A DNA stretch of 61,833 bases, the filler included. It is 6 parts of 6 records of this genome, joined end to end, with 100 filler letters (N's around TTAATTAATTAA, not from the genome) between each part and the next. Parts side by side here need not be neighbours in the genome. Positions count along the whole stretch, not along the records: positions 41,519 to 61,833 come from SRR31156797_24839; 5 more parts are not named here. The stretch is one strand, 5' to 3'. Below, in pieces: positions 46,480 through 57,187 of this stretch. Within the stretch, counting starts at the first letter, position 1. Each line of letters starts with the position of its first letter. Made by a program: the position numbers and the translations under genes. The notes under the pieces are model-generated. The model had not been told where the DNA came from. It did not search any database and saw only the letters and a list, made by a program, of their open reading frames with translations.

Positions 46480-49400
46480 TCATTCGGCGGCTCCCGGTTC
46501 GATGGCATCGGCGACGTGGGCGGTTCGTTGCCGGAATACACGCATCACGGCGACGAAGAAGACCGGCACGAAGAAGATCGCCAGCACGGTCGCCGAGATG
46601 ATACCGCCCGTGACGCCGACGCCGATGGCGTTCTGGCTACCCGAACCGGCGCCGGTGGCAATGGCCAACGGCAGGACGCCCATGACGAACGCAAACGAGG
46701 TCATCAGAATGGGCCGCAGGCGCTGGCGACAGGCCAAGGCGGTTGCCTCTATCAGATCCATGCCATCGTCGTACAGCGACTTGGCAAACTCGACGATCAG
46801 GATTGCGTTCTTGGCCGACAGCCCCACCGTGGTCAGCAAGCCGACCTGGAAATAGATGTCGTTGGGTAATTCGCGCAACGTAACCGCCGCGACGGCGCCG
46901 AGCACGCCGAGCGGTACCACGAGGATGACCGAAACCGGGACGGTCCAGCTTTCGTAGAGAGCGGCAAGGCACAGGAAGACCACGACCACCGAAATCGCAT
47001 AAAGGGCGGGGGCCTGAGATCCTGAAAGACGTTCCTCGAAAGATAGCCCCGTCCATTCATAGCCGATTCCGGGCGGAAGCTGAGCGGCCATATTTTCCAT
47101 GGCCGCCATGGCATCGCCGGTACTCTTTCCCGGCGCCGCCGCGCCCAGAATTTCCAGCGATGACACCCCATTATACCGTTCGAGACGCGGCGAACCATAC
47201 GACCACTCCCCCTTTGCGAAGCTGGAAAAGGGAACCATACCGCCCTCGGCGTTGCGCACATACCACCGGTTCACGTCACTTGGGAGCATTCGGAACGGGG
47301 CGGCGGCTTGAAGATAGGCCTTTTTTACGCGCCCGTTTTCGATGAAATCGTTGACATAAGTGGATCCCCAAGCGGTCGAGAGGGTGTCGTTCACGTCCGA
47401 CAGCGAAAGTCCGAAGGCACTGGCCTTTTCGCGGTCGACGACGATACGGAATTGCGGCGTATCGTCCAAGCCGTTCGGACGGACCATCGAAACATTGGGA
47501 TTCTGGGCCGCCATTCCGAGAAGCTGGTTCCTGGCCTCCATTAAACGCGCGTGTCCGAGCCCACCGCGATCCATCAACTCGAAATCGAACCCGCTCGATG
47601 TTCCCAGTTCGATAATCGCCGGGGGGGCAAAGGCAAAGACCATGGCATCCTTAATCGTCGAAAAAGTGGCCATGGCCCGCTGCGCGACCGCCGCCACCTT
47701 TTGGTCAGGCGAATTGCGCAGATCCCAGTCCTTCAGTTTGACAAAGGCCAGTCCGGTATTCTGGCCGCGCCCGGCGAAGCTGAAACCCGCGACACCCATG
47801 ATGCTTATGACGGAGTCCTTCTCTTCGGTGAGGAAATACCGCTCGATCTGCTTCACGACTTCCAGGGTTCGCTCCTGCGTGGCACCCGTGGGCAACTGGA
47901 GTTGGACGAGAAGGATCCCCTGGTCTTCGTCGGGGAGAAACGCCGTCGGCAGACGCACGAACAGAAAAACGAGCACCACGGCGATTCCCACGTAGATTGC
48001 AAGGAATCGGAATATTCGCCGAACGGCGTAATGAACGCTTCTTTGGTAGAAGGCATTCGCTCTGTCGAAACCGCGATTGAACCAACCCGCGGGACCTTTT
48101 CGCTGGCTCCCATGGATTTTTACCGGCTTCAGGAACGCCGCACACATGGCCGGGGTCAGAACCAGGGCAACGAGGACCGACAACGCCATCGCCGAGACCA
48201 CGGTCAAGGAAAACTGGCGATAGATCGCCCCCGTCGACCCGGTGAAGAACGCCATCGGCACGAACACCGCCGAAAGGACCAGGGCGATACCCACCAGGGC
48301 CCCGGTGATCTGCGTCATCGATTTTCGCGTCGCTTCGCGCGGCGGGAGACCCTCTTCGCTCATGATTCGTTCCACGTTCTCGACGACGACGATCGCGTCG
48401 TCGACCAGAAGGCCGATCGCCAGCACCATGCCGAACATGGTCAGGGTGTTGATGGAAAAGCCAAAGGCCGCCAACACCCCGAAGGTACCGAGCAGAACAA
48501 CCGGAACGGCGATTGTCGGAATCAGGGTGGCACGGAGGTTCTGGAGGAACACGTACATCACCAGAAACACCAGAACGATGGCTTCGAGCAGCGTCTTGAC
48601 GACTTCCTCGATCGATATCTTGACAAACGGCGTCGTGTCGTAAGGGTACACGACCTCCACACCCTCTGGGAAAAAGGACTTCAGTTCCTCCATGCGGGCC
48701 TGCACCGCGGTCGCGGTATCGAGGGCATTGGCTCCGGTCGCCAGCCGAATGGCCATGCCGCCCGTGGGTTTTCCGTTGTAACGGGCGGTGACATCGTAGA
48801 TCTCCGATCCCAATTCCACGCGCGCGACGTCGCGCACGCGGACCTGCGATCCATCCGTATTCACGCGTAGGAGAATGTTCTCAAACTCCTCGGTCGTTTG
48901 CATGCGGGACTGAACCAGCACGGTTGAATTCAGCTGCTGTCCCGCCACGGCCGGCGCACCACCGAGTTGGCCCGCAGTCACCTCAGCGTTCTCGGCCTGA
49001 ATCGCGGCGGCAACCTCGGTTGTGGTGATTTGATAGTTTTCAAGCTTGATGGGATCGAGCCAGACGCGCATCGCGTGCTGCGAGCCGAACACCATGACTT
49101 CTCCGACCCCGCTTACACGGCTGACCGGATCCTGAACGTTCGAGGCGATGAAGTCGGTCAGATCGCGCTCGCTCGTCCGTCCGTCCACGGAGACGAGGGC
49201 GACCACCATCAAGAAACTTTTGGACGACTTATTTACCTTGACTCCCTGTTCCTGCACCGCCTGCGGCAACAAGGGCATCGCAAGCTGAAGCTTGTTCTGC
49301 ACCTGGACCTGAGCGATGTCCGGATCCGCCTCGGGGTCGAACGTGATCGTGATCGAGAGGTTGCCGGAAGAATCGCTGGTCGAGGACATGTAGCGAAAAT

Positions 49401-49620
49401 GATCGATACCGTTCATTTTCTGCTCGATAACCTGGGTTACCGCGTCTTCCAGGGTCTTGGCCGAAGCACCGGGATAAAAGGCGTTGATGGCCACAGATGG
49501 CGGTGCGATCCGGGGATACTGCTCGACGGGCAAGGTGAAGATGGAAAGCGTCCCCGCCATCATGATGACGATGGCGATGACCCAGGCAAAGACCGGCCTG
49601 TCGATGAAAAACTTCGCCAT
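46480..49620 (-). CDS. acrB: HAE1 RND efflux permease (AcrB/MexB/TtgB-like)
   Basis: [55 protein letters not shown]. Confidence 0.95.
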   Translation of the reverse strand: MAKFFIDRPVFAWVIAIVIMMAGTLSIFTLPVEQYPRIAPPSVAINAFYPGASAKTLEDAVTQVIEQKMNGIDHFRYMSSTSDSSGNLSITITFDPEADPDIAQVQVQNKLQLAMPLLPQAVQEQGVKVNKSSKSFLMVVALVSVDGRTSERDLTDFIASNVQDPVSRVSGVGEVMVFGSQHAMRVWLDPIKLENYQITTTEVAAAIQAENAEVTAGQLGGAPAVAGQQLNSTVLVQSRMQTTEEFENILLRVNTDGSQVRVRDVARVELGSEIYDVTARYNGKPTGGMAIRLATGANALDTATAVQARMEELKSFFPEGVEVVYPYDTTPFVKISIEEVVKTLLEAIVLVFLVMYVFLQNLRATLIPTIAVPVVLLGTFGVLAAFGFSINTLTMFGMVLAIGLLVDDAIVVVENVERIMSEEGLPPREATRKSMTQITGALVGIALVLSAVFVPMAFFTGSTGAIYRQFSLTVVSAMALSVLVALVLTPAMCAAFLKPVKIHGSQRKGPAGWFNRGFDRANAFYQRSVHYAVRRIFRFLAIYVGIAVVLVFLFVRLPTAFLPDEDQGILLVQLQLPTGATQERTLEVVKQIERYFLTEEKDSVISIMGVAGFSFAGRGQNTGLAFVKLKDWDLRNSPDQKVAAVAQRAMATFSTIKDAMVFAFAPPAIIELGTSSGFDFELMDRGGLGHARLMEARNQLLGMAAQNPNVSMVRPNGLDDTPQFRIVVDREKASAFGLSLSDVNDTLSTAWGSTYVNDFIENGRVKKAYLQAAAPFRMLPSDVNRWYVRNAEGGMVPFSSFAKGEWSYGSPRLERYNGVSSLEILGAAAPGKSTGDAMAAMENMAAQLPPGIGYEWTGLSFEERLSGSQAPALYAISVVVVFLCLAALYESWTVPVSVILVVPLGVLGAVAAVTLRELPNDIYFQVGLLTTVGLSAKNAILIVEFAKSLYDDGMDLIEATALACRQRLRPILMTSFAFVMGVLPLAIATGAGSGSQNAIGVGVTGGIISATVLAIFFVPVFFVAVMRVFRQRTAHVADAIEPGAAE

Positions 49621-49632
49621 AACAGTTGCCGC

Positions 49633-50826
49633 CTATCGGGTGGATGTATTGGGGGAGGCGTCGATCGAGGTAACCGGCTTACCAATGGGGACAGCTTTTA
49701 CCTGGGCTCCGGGCTTGGTTTTCTGGAATCCCTGGACGACGATCTGGATGTCATCGTCCTCAAGGCCGCTGTCCACCAGCCACTTGTCGCCGACGGCCCG
49801 ACTGACCGTCACGGTCTGGGGGACGACCGTTCCGTCGGTGGAGACGAGCCAGACGGCCGTGCTTCCATCGGCGTTTCGGATCACCCCCTGTTGCGGCACA
49901 AGGATTGCCTGCTCGATCTCCGCCTGCCTGATGACGGCGCGCACGAACAGGCCGGGCAAAAGTTCCTCGCGCGGATTGGGGAAGACGGCGCGCAGCCGGA
50001 TCGAACCGGTGGTTTCGTCGACGGTAACTTCCGAAAACTGTAAGTGACCCGGCTCGGCGTACTCCTGACCATCTTCCATCACCAAGGTCACGGGGGCCTG
50101 GGTGGCATCGGCACCGCTCAAATTACCTTGGGCAATGTCCTTGCGAAGCTTGAGCAGTTGCAAACTGGACTGGGTAACGTCGACGTAGATGGGATCGAGT
50201 TGAGTGACCGTGGCCAGCGGCATCATCTGGTTGGCCGTCACCAGGGCGCCCTCGGTGAACGCCGACTTGCCGATGCGACCGGAAATGGGCGAGGATACCT
50301 TGGTGTAATCGAGGTTGATGCGGGCGACATCGAGAGCGGCCTTCGCGGCGTTTACCTGCGCCCCACCCTGTTCCACGGCGGAGATCGCTTCGTCATAAGC
50401 ATGCCGGCTCACGGTTTCCTTTTTCACTAGGACCGTGTAGCGCCCCGCCTTCAGTCGGGCGAACTTTAGGGCTGCCTTGGCCTTGTCCAGGTCGGCCTTT
50501 GCAAGATCGTAGGCGGCCTTATACGAGGCCGGATCGATTTGATAGAGTTGTTGGCCCGCCTCGACCTCGCTCCCCTCGCGGAACAGTCGTTCGAGGATGA
50601 TGCCGTCAACTTGCGGCCGCACCTCCGCGACCCGGTAGGCCGAGGTGCGGCCCGGGAGTTCGTTCTTGATGACCAGCTTCTGGGCCTGCACGCGAACCAC
50701 GCCGACTTCGACCGGAGCCAGCGGGGGAGGAGGGGCAGCCGCGTTCGGGTTGTCACAGGCCGTGGTTGCTATCGAAACCACGGCCAACGCCAGGATTTGC
50801 AGGCGGAATCGGGGGAAAGACGTCAT
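49633..50826 (-). CDS. acrA: RND periplasmic adaptor lipoprotein (AcrA/MexA-like)
   Basis: Lipobox-like TTAC, AEVRPQVDG, LYQIDP, SPISGRIG, LLPG. Start reset to ATG 50826, downstream of the operator. Confidence 0.92.
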   Translation of the reverse strand: MTSFPRFRLQILALAVVSIATTACDNPNAAAPPPPLAPVEVGVVRVQAQKLVIKNELPGRTSAYRVAEVRPQVDGIILERLFREGSEVEAGQQLYQIDPASYKAAYDLAKADLDKAKAALKFARLKAGRYTVLVKKETVSRHAYDEAISAVEQGGAQVNAAKAALDVARINLDYTKVSSPISGRIGKSAFTEGALVTANQMMPLATVTQLDPIYVDVTQSSLQLLKLRKDIAQGNLSGADATQAPVTLVMEDGQEYAEPGHLQFSEVTVDETTGSIRLRAVFPNPREELLPGLFVRAVIRQAEIEQAILVPQQGVIRNADGSTAVWLVSTDGTVVPQTVTVSRAVGDKWLVDSGLEDDDIQIVVQGFQKTKPGAQVKAVPIGKPVTSIDASPNTSTR

Positions 50827-50897
50827 TTTCGTAGGCCAGCTAACTCCGGTGATGGGTCTGTCAATGATAGGGTCGAAGTGGAGCATTATAGGAACGT

Positions 50898-50912
50898 ACT
50901 GTACCGTACAGT
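50898..50912. promoter_or_regulatory. Putative TetR operator upstream of acrA
   Basis: Perfect palindrome ACTGTAC-C-GTACAGT with the same TGTACCGTACA core as 51844-51884. Confidence 0.75.
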
Positions 50913-51200
50913 TTTTGAAAAGCAAGCCGAATTTATTCTCCGAAGATGAAATGGCGCGTCCTTTCAAGATATGCAATGCGTACTTCCGTGTTGGAGACGG
51001 TAACGCGGCGGCTTGGGCGCTTCCCGTTCAGCAGGCGCCGAGTGTGCGGGTTTGCCGGTATCGACCGGTCGGTTCCACTTTAAGAGAGGTTCCGATGTTG
51101 AAGGTGTCGAGCTGTTCTCGAGCTGTGTCCGCAGAGTGTGGAGCCGCCATGAACGGGGGTGCTTGCAACGCCCTCTCGGGGGGGGTCTTGTTGTGCCGGC

Positions 51201-51821
51201 TTACTTACTCGTCCCCTTCAGGAAGACTTGCGTTGCGATCCGCACTCTGCGGCGAATATCTTCAGCGGTTGGCTGACCCGGCGCATTAAACACACGCCGA
51301 AGCGTCCCCTCGCCATCGACCATGGACAAGAACAGTGAGGCAAAAACATCGGGGTCCGTCACGGCTAGATATCCGGTGTCGGTCGCCCGCTTGAGATAGT
51401 CTGCCAAGCGGGCTCGAACGGTGTCAATGCCATGACTGAAGAAAAATTCAACGACGTCCGGGATGCGATCACTATCTGCGGCTAGGATCTTCGTGAGAGC
51501 GTTTGTTTGGGGCGTCATCATGAAATCGGTGATATGGAGGCCGAAACTGGTGAGGACTTCCTCTGGCGAGCGCCCTTGGACAACCCGCGCCTCCAGTGGG
51601 GCGACCACTTGCCGGCAAGTCTCGGTGATCATGGCCTCAAACAGTCCCATCTTGCCACCGAACATTTCATACAACGTCGTCCGTGATCCACCCGAGCGTT
51701 CGATGATGTCGCTCAGGCTCGTTCTCTCGAAACCTTTTTCCGCGAACAACTCCGCCGCGGCGTCGAGCATGGCCTGTCGCCGGGCCTCACCGCGTGGACC
51801 CATCTGATTTCTTTTCTTCAA
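51201..51821 (-). CDS. TetR/AcrR family regulator
   Basis: AAELFAEKGFERTS, GGSRTTLYEMFGGKMGLF. Start is TTG 51821 or ATG 51803. Confidence 0.9.
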   Translation of the reverse strand: MKKRNQMGPRGEARRQAMLDAAAELFAEKGFERTSLSDIIERSGGSRTTLYEMFGGKMGLFEAMITETCRQVVAPLEARVVQGRSPEEVLTSFGLHITDFMMTPQTNALTKILAADSDRIPDVVEFFFSHGIDTVRARLADYLKRATDTGYLAVTDPDVFASLFLSMVDGEGTLRRVFNAPGQPTAEDIRRRVRIATQVFLKGTSK

Positions 51822-51843
51822 TGTGCTTCGACCCCGCTTGACA

Positions 51844-51884
51844 TTCCATATTGTGTATTGTACCGTACAATACACAATATGGAA
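51844..51884. promoter_or_regulatory. Perfect 41-bp palindrome in the divergent tetR/mlaA promoter region
   Basis: TTCCATATTGTGTATTGTAC-C-GTACAATACACAATATGGAA, with TTGACA immediately 5' at 51838-51843. Confidence 0.8.
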
Positions 51885-52208
51885 AGATATAGTCGCTTTT
51901 GTGCCTGAGGTCTAATGCTGACTTCATTCCTTCCAACGTCTCAAACGATTCTACCGTGAACAGCAGGAGCAACATAGTGGGTTCCACCCGACAGAACTAG
52001 AGGTTTGGAGTTTAGTGACGAACCAAGCCAAATAAACCGATCCCGGTCAAGGCGTTACCCTGCCGTGAGTCCCCCCCCCACCCCCTCCGGCAGGGTTTTC
52101 TTTGACCGCTCGATTTCCAAGGGAGACTCCGGATTTTTACGGGGAGCATTCGCCGACTCAAGAGAAGTTGAGCCAACGCGGTTCCCTGAAAGACTGCGGA
52201 AAGAATCG

Positions 52209-53057
52209 ATGCCCGTACGTATCATAAGAACGAGTCGCAGTGGAAAGGGCGGTTGGTTGGCTTTCGGTGCTCTGGCCCTGTTGCTCAGCATGGTTTCCGG
52301 ATGTGCGACACCGCCTGATCCGGCGGACCAGGAGGCTGTTGCCGAATTCAACCAGGTCAACGACCCGGCGGAGCCCGCCAATCGGGCAATTTTCGCTTTC
52401 AACCAAGTGCTCGACAAGGGTCTGCTCAAGCCGGCCGCCGGCATGTATCGCGACCTGATACCGCCAGCTGTGCAGACCGGCGTCCACAACGCTCTCGACA
52501 ACCTGCGTTCCCCCGTCATCCTCGTCAACGACGTGCTGCAGGGCGAGGACGAGCGCGTCCGTATCACCGTCATGCGCTTCCTCATCAATTCGACCCTCGG
52601 CGTCGGCGGCCTTGGCGATCCGGCGACCGACATGGGCTACGTCTACCACAACGAGGATTTCGGCCAGACCCTCGCCCGCTGGGGCGTCGACGAAGGGCCC
52701 TACGTGATGCTGCCGGTCATCGGTCCCTCCAACCCGCGTGACGCCACCGGGCTGGTGGTCGATTTCCTGATCGATCCGTTCAACTGGTGGGCGGTCAACA
52801 GCGACAACGACTTCGCCCCCTATGTCCGGAGCGCCACCCGCGCCGTCGATGAACGGGCCCGTAATTACGACACCCTGGAGGATCTCGAGCGCTCGTCCCT
52901 CGACTACTACGCGACAATTCGCAGCCTCTATCGCCAACGCCGCGCCGACGAGATCAGCAATGGCGCCTCCACCGCTATCATGCCGGCGCCCGACCGGAGC
53001 CGGACGCCGCCTCCCTCGCCCGCCCAGAAAACGGAGGAGGTCTCTCCGTGGAAGTAA
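52209..53057 (+). CDS. mlaA: MlaA/VacJ family lipoprotein
   Basis: Lipobox VSGC, DPAEPANRAIFAFN, RFLINSTLGVGG, EDFGQTL, GPYVMLPVIGPS. Confidence 0.92.
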   Translation: MPVRIIRTSRSGKGGWLAFGALALLLSMVSGCATPPDPADQEAVAEFNQVNDPAEPANRAIFAFNQVLDKGLLKPAAGMYRDLIPPAVQTGVHNALDNLRSPVILVNDVLQGEDERVRITVMRFLINSTLGVGGLGDPATDMGYVYHNEDFGQTLARWGVDEGPYVMLPVIGPSNPRDATGLVVDFLIDPFNWWAVNSDNDFAPYVRSATRAVDERARNYDTLEDLERSSLDYYATIRSLYRQRRADEISNGASTAIMPAPDRSRTPPPSPAQKTEEVSPWK

Positions 53058-53692
53058 AACCTTTCCGATGGGAAAAAGGGGCGGCCGCCTTTGCCGCCTT
53101 CCTGATGGCGGCTTGCCTGCTGGCGGTGCCGGTATCGGCGACCGACCGCGCCGACGAGGCCCGCCACTTCATGGAAGGACTGGCCGACCGCGCGGTCCAG
53201 TCTCTGACCACTGGCGACATCTCACGCGACGAGCGGGTCCACCGTTTCCGCCAAATTTTCAACGAAAGCTTCTCCATCGACGCCATAGGCAAGTGGGTTC
53301 TCGGCCGTTACTGGCGACGGGCGACGCCAACCGAACAGAGTGAATACCTCAAACTGTTCGAGGACTACATTGTCGTTTCCTATGTCGACCGCTTCGCCGC
53401 CTACGCCGGGGAAAAGCTGAACGTCACCAAGGTGCTGGCCCAGAGTGACGAGTCGATCACCGTGTTCTCCGAGATCGTCATGTCCGAGAGCGACAAGACG
53501 CCGGTCCGCGTCGACTGGCGGATCGACGCCGGCGACCACCAACTCAAGATCATCGATCTGGCCGTCGAGGGAGTCAGCATGAGCAACAGCCTGCGCTCCG
53601 ACTTCGGTTCGATCATCCGCCGCGACGGCAGCATCGCCGGGCTGCTGGCGGCACTACGTGAAAAGACCGCCACCCTCAACACAACCGACTGA
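53048..53692 (+). CDS. mlaC: MlaC/Ttg2D/HpnM family periplasmic lipid-binding protein
   Basis: Signal peptide, VLGRYWRRAT, YAGEK, VDWR, KIIDLAVEGVSM, RSDF. Confidence 0.9.
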   Translation: MEVKPFRWEKGAAAFAAFLMAACLLAVPVSATDRADEARHFMEGLADRAVQSLTTGDISRDERVHRFRQIFNESFSIDAIGKWVLGRYWRRATPTEQSEYLKLFEDYIVVSYVDRFAAYAGEKLNVTKVLAQSDESITVFSEIVMSESDKTPVRVDWRIDAGDHQLKIIDLAVEGVSMSNSLRSDFGSIIRRDGSIAGLLAALREKTATLNTTD

Positions 53693-53734
53693 GACCGAAC
53701 GGGTCGAATCACGGCTGATCATGGGGAGGAGCGA

Positions 53735-54418
53735 GTGATGGCATACAGGGCATCATCCGACGATCAGCCCTCCCGGGACAAGGGGGCGGAGCCCAAAACT
53801 GCCGAACCAACGCTCGATCAGTTGTTGGACGAGCCGATCATCCAGCAGCTTATGCATCGCGATAGGATAGATGAGAAGGCGATCCGCAACATAGTCCGGC
53901 GGGCCGCCAATGCTTATGTCGCCCGCCCGACACACCCCTCCGATGACGATCCCTACGAGATGATGTCGCTGTTGCTCGACATCACGCGGCTTTGGCACAG
54001 GCGCTACAATGGTGAAGTCCGGGCTCGGATTCCGGGCATGACCTACGCCCGCTCTGTCGTGTTGATCCAGCTCTTGCGACAAGAAGGGCTCAACCAAGCT
54101 TCCCTCGCCAAACGCCTTGCCATCAAGCCGACGTCTCTTGTGCGTCTACTCCATCAATTGGAGGCGGAGGGTGTTATCGTGCGGACGCCTGATCCTCGGG
54201 ACCGCGGAAGTCATACCATAGCCCTCACCACCAAATCGCGACCGGTGATTGAGGGCGTTAATGATCTGACCAGACGGATCCATCGGGATGCACTCACCGG
54301 ATCCTCCGAAGTCGAAGCCAGCCATTTGCTCCCATTTCTACAAAGAGTGCGATCGAATCTTTTGGACCGCTCCCGATCCAGCTCGCAGGTTTATGTGTCA
54401 GACTTTCGACAGCCTTAA
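53735..54418 (+). CDS. MarR/SlyA family regulator with an extra N-terminal helical domain
   Basis: GLNQASLA, SLVRLLHQLEAEG, RTPDPRDRG. N-terminal EPTLDQLLDEPIIQQLMHRD. GGAGGAG RBS. Confidence 0.82.
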   Translation: MMAYRASSDDQPSRDKGAEPKTAEPTLDQLLDEPIIQQLMHRDRIDEKAIRNIVRRAANAYVARPTHPSDDDPYEMMSLLLDITRLWHRRYNGEVRARIPGMTYARSVVLIQLLRQEGLNQASLAKRLAIKPTSLVRLLHQLEAEGVIVRTPDPRDRGSHTIALTTKSRPVIEGVNDLTRRIHRDALTGSSEVEASHLLPFLQRVRSNLLDRSRSSSQVYVSDFRQP

Positions 54419-54468
54419 ATTGCCGCATCCAACCACTTGAATGCGAAACACCGACACCAACAGCGCCC

Positions 54469-56424
54469 ATGAAAAAGACTTTCGAGTACGGAATGAAAAG
54501 TGACGAAATGACGTCCATCGACGCGCGCATTGCCAGCATCATCAACGAGATCTCCAAGGCTCTGCTAGACGTTCAGGCCGAGGACGGCCATTGGGCGTTC
54601 GAGCTTGAGGCGGACGCAACGATTCCCGCCGAATACATTCTTCTCAACCACTATCTCGACGAGATCGACGACGAGACCGAGGCCAGGCTCGCCGCCTACC
54701 TGCGGGCGATCCAGGGCCAGCACGGCGGCTGGCCGCTCTACTACGACGGCGACTTCAACATCAGCGCCTCGGTCAAGGCCTATTTTGCGCTGAAGATGTG
54801 GGGCGATTCGCCGGAAGCCCCGCACATGAAGCGGGCCCGCGAGGCCATCCTGGCCTACGGCGGGGCGGCCCGCTCGAATGTGCTCACCCGCTTTACCCTA
54901 GCCCTGTTTGGACAGGTGCCGTGGCGGGCGACGCCAGTGATGTGGCTTGAAATACTGCTCATGCCCCGCTGGTTTCTGTTCCACGTCAACAAGGTGTCCT
55001 ACTGGTCGCGGACCGTGATGGTTCCGTTGATGGTGATCGAGGCGCTCAAGCCGCGGGCCTACAATCCGCGTGACGTGTCCATCACCGAGCTGTTCGTAAC
55101 GCCGCCACAGGAGGAGAAGGTCTACCTCACCAATCCGACTGGGCATTGGATCGGCGAAATCATGCTGTTTTTCGACCGGATCGGACGGGTGCTCCAGTCA
55201 CTGTCGCCCAGATTCCTCCAGCGTATGGCGATCAGGAAGGCGATAGCCTTTGTCACTGAGCGCCTGAACGGCGAGGGTGGGCTGGGAGGTATTTTCCCGG
55301 CTATCGCCAATACGCTGATGCTCTTCGATGCCCTGGGCTACTCCAAGGACCATCCCGACTATGTCATCGCGCGCAAGGCGGTGGATGGTCTCCTCGTGTT
55401 TCGCGACGGTATGGGTTACTGCCAGCCCTGCCTGTCGCCGGTGTGGGACACCGGCTTGGCCGTGCACGCGCTTCTGGAAACCGGCCTGCCTGGGAGCGAT
55501 CCCGCCGTGAAGCGGGCCAACGACTGGCTGAAGGGGAGGCAGATTCTCGACGTCAAAGGCGATTGGATCGAAGAGCGGCCGAACGTGCGTCCCGGCGGCT
55601 GGGCCTTCCAGTACCGCAACGACTACTTCCCAGACGTCGACGATACGGCGGTGATCGCCACGGCCCTGCACCGCTCGGCCCCCGAGCGCTACCGCGAGGC
55701 AATCGACCGCGCCGCCGAGTGGATCATCGGCATGCAGAGCCGCAACGGCGGCTGGGGCGCCTTCAATGCCGACAACACCCACTATCTGTTGCAGCATATT
55801 CCGTTCGCCGATCACGGTGCCCTGTTGGACCCGCCGTCGGCCGACGTTGGCGCCCGCTGCATCAGCTTCCTGGCGCAGATCGGCCACGGTCGCGACCATC
55901 CGGCGGTGGCGGCGGGGCTGCGCTATCTCAAGAGCGAGCAAGAAGACAACGGTTCGTGGTTCGGCCGATGGGGCAACAACTACGTCTACGGAACCTGGTC
56001 GGTGCTGTGCGCTTTCAACGCGGTGAGCGAGGCCCCCAACGATTCCGCCATCCGCCGGGCGGTTGAATGGCTGAAGTCCCGCCAGAGGGACGACGGCGGC
56101 TGGGGCGAGGACTGCGCCAGCTACTGGCAGCATCGCCGCGACGAGGTCAAGACCAGCACCCCATCCCAGACCTCATGGGCGTTGCTCGGCCTGATGGCCG
56201 CCGGCGAGGTCGACAGCGAGGCCGTGCGGAAGGGGATCGACTATCTTCTGGGCGCGCCACGGGAGGACGGCAAGTGGAAGGAAGAGTATTTCAACGCGGT
56301 CGGCTTCCCACGGGTCTTCTACCTGCGATACCACGGCTACAGCGCGTACTTCCCCCTCTGGACGTTGGCGCGCTACTCCACTCTTGCTCGGGCCAACGCC
56401 CAGGCGACTCCATTCGACATGTAG
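54469..56424 (+). CDS. shc: Squalene-hopene cyclase
   Basis: ELEADATIPAEY, CQPCLSPVWDT, catalytic PDVDDTA, multiple QW repeats (QAEDGHW, QSRNGGW, QEDNGSW, QRDDGGW), GFPRVFYLRYHGY. Confidence 0.96.
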   Translation: MKKTFEYGMKSDEMTSIDARIASIINEISKALLDVQAEDGHWAFELEADATIPAEYILLNHYLDEIDDETEARLAAYLRAIQGQHGGWPLYYDGDFNISASVKAYFALKMWGDSPEAPHMKRAREAILAYGGAARSNVLTRFTLALFGQVPWRATPVMWLEILLMPRWFLFHVNKVSYWSRTVMVPLMVIEALKPRAYNPRDVSITELFVTPPQEEKVYLTNPTGHWIGEIMLFFDRIGRVLQSLSPRFLQRMAIRKAIAFVTERLNGEGGLGGIFPAIANTLMLFDALGYSKDHPDYVIARKAVDGLLVFRDGMGYCQPCLSPVWDTGLAVHALLETGLPGSDPAVKRANDWLKGRQILDVKGDWIEERPNVRPGGWAFQYRNDYFPDVDDTAVIATALHRSAPERYREAIDRAAEWIIGMQSRNGGWGAFNADNTHYLLQHIPFADHGALLDPPSADVGARCISFLAQIGHGRDHPAVAAGLRYLKSEQEDNGSWFGRWGNNYVYGTWSVLCAFNAVSEAPNDSAIRRAVEWLKSRQRDDGGWGEDCASYWQHRRDEVKTSTPSQTSWALLGLMAAGEVDSEAVRKGIDYLLGAPREDGKWKEEYFNAVGFPRVFYLRYHGYSAYFPLWTLARYSTLARANAQATPFDM

Positions 56425-56549
56425 GTGAACCTACTCGACGCCGGGACATCTATGCCCGACGTCCGCACGAAGGTTTGCCAAAGACCAAGTGGGACAAAGG
56501 AGATTTTTGCCTTGACCTTCTCCACAAAAAGAAGCATCTTGTCTGCGAT

Positions 56550-56569
56550 TTTAACGAACGTTCGATAAA
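56550..56569. promoter_or_regulatory. Putative TetR operator
   Basis: TTTAACGAACGTTCGATAAA is a 20-bp palindrome with one mismatched pair, 14 nt before the tetR ATG. Confidence 0.7.
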
Positions 56570-56583
56570 TTTTAGGTAAGGCC

Positions 56584-57177
56584 ATGAAAGACAACACCAC
56601 GCGAGAGGCCATCCTGGAGCGCGCCTCCGGTCTTTTCGCTTCGCGGGGATATTCTGGCGTATCCATGCGTGATGTCGCGGGCGAGGTCGGTGTAGCCGCA
56701 GCGAATCTGTACTACTATTTTCCAGATAAAAATGAATTAATTCGCCAGTCATTAAATTACGTATTTTCAAACAGGATTATTTCTCTCGATAGCATAACAA
56801 ATGAACATGCATCTCCAGACCAGCGCTTTGAAAAAGTCGTTTCATGGTTCGTAAATATTATCTTCTCTGAAGATATATTTGGCCGCCTCCTCCTTCGAGA
56901 GTTCCTCGACGGAGACGACATGCGTTTGGAATACCTGTCGAAGACCGTCTTCAAGAAACCATTCACTCTGCTGACCACCGTCATCGAGGAATATTCGAAC
57001 GCGCCCAACCCGGCCATGACCGCAATTTCGGTTGTCGGCTTGATCCTCGGCCACTTCCAACTGTCGCGATCCCTTCCATACCTTCCCGGCGGGAAACCGG
57101 AGTATTCCGAGCCTGCCACGGTCACGCGCCATGTGCTCGCATTGTTGCGACCCTCGTTTCGTACAGCCAAGTCTTAA
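56584..57177 (+). CDS. TetR/AcrR family regulator
   Basis: LFASRGYSGVSMRDVA, NLYYYFPDKNEL. Confidence 0.92.
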   Translation: MKDNTTREAILERASGLFASRGYSGVSMRDVAGEVGVAAANLYYYFPDKNELIRQSLNYVFSNRIISLDSITNEHASPDQRFEKVVSWFVNIIFSEDIFGRLLLREFLDGDDMRLEYLSKTVFKKPFTLLTTVIEEYSNAPNPAMTAISVVGLILGHFQLSRSLPYLPGGKPEYSEPATVTRHVLALLRPSFRTAKS

Positions 57178-57187
57178 GGAGAATCGA

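Noticed and set aside
50827-50976. N-terminal extensions called on acrA (also on tetR to 51875 and mlaA from 52005)
   Set aside because: They overlap operators or leader hairpins and precede the signal peptide or HTH, so downstream starts fit better.
11326-56424. Linking the B12 radical SAM enzyme to shc as a hopanoid methylation pathway
   Set aside because: They are on different contigs of apparently different composition, and I see no HpnP/HpnR-specific evidence.
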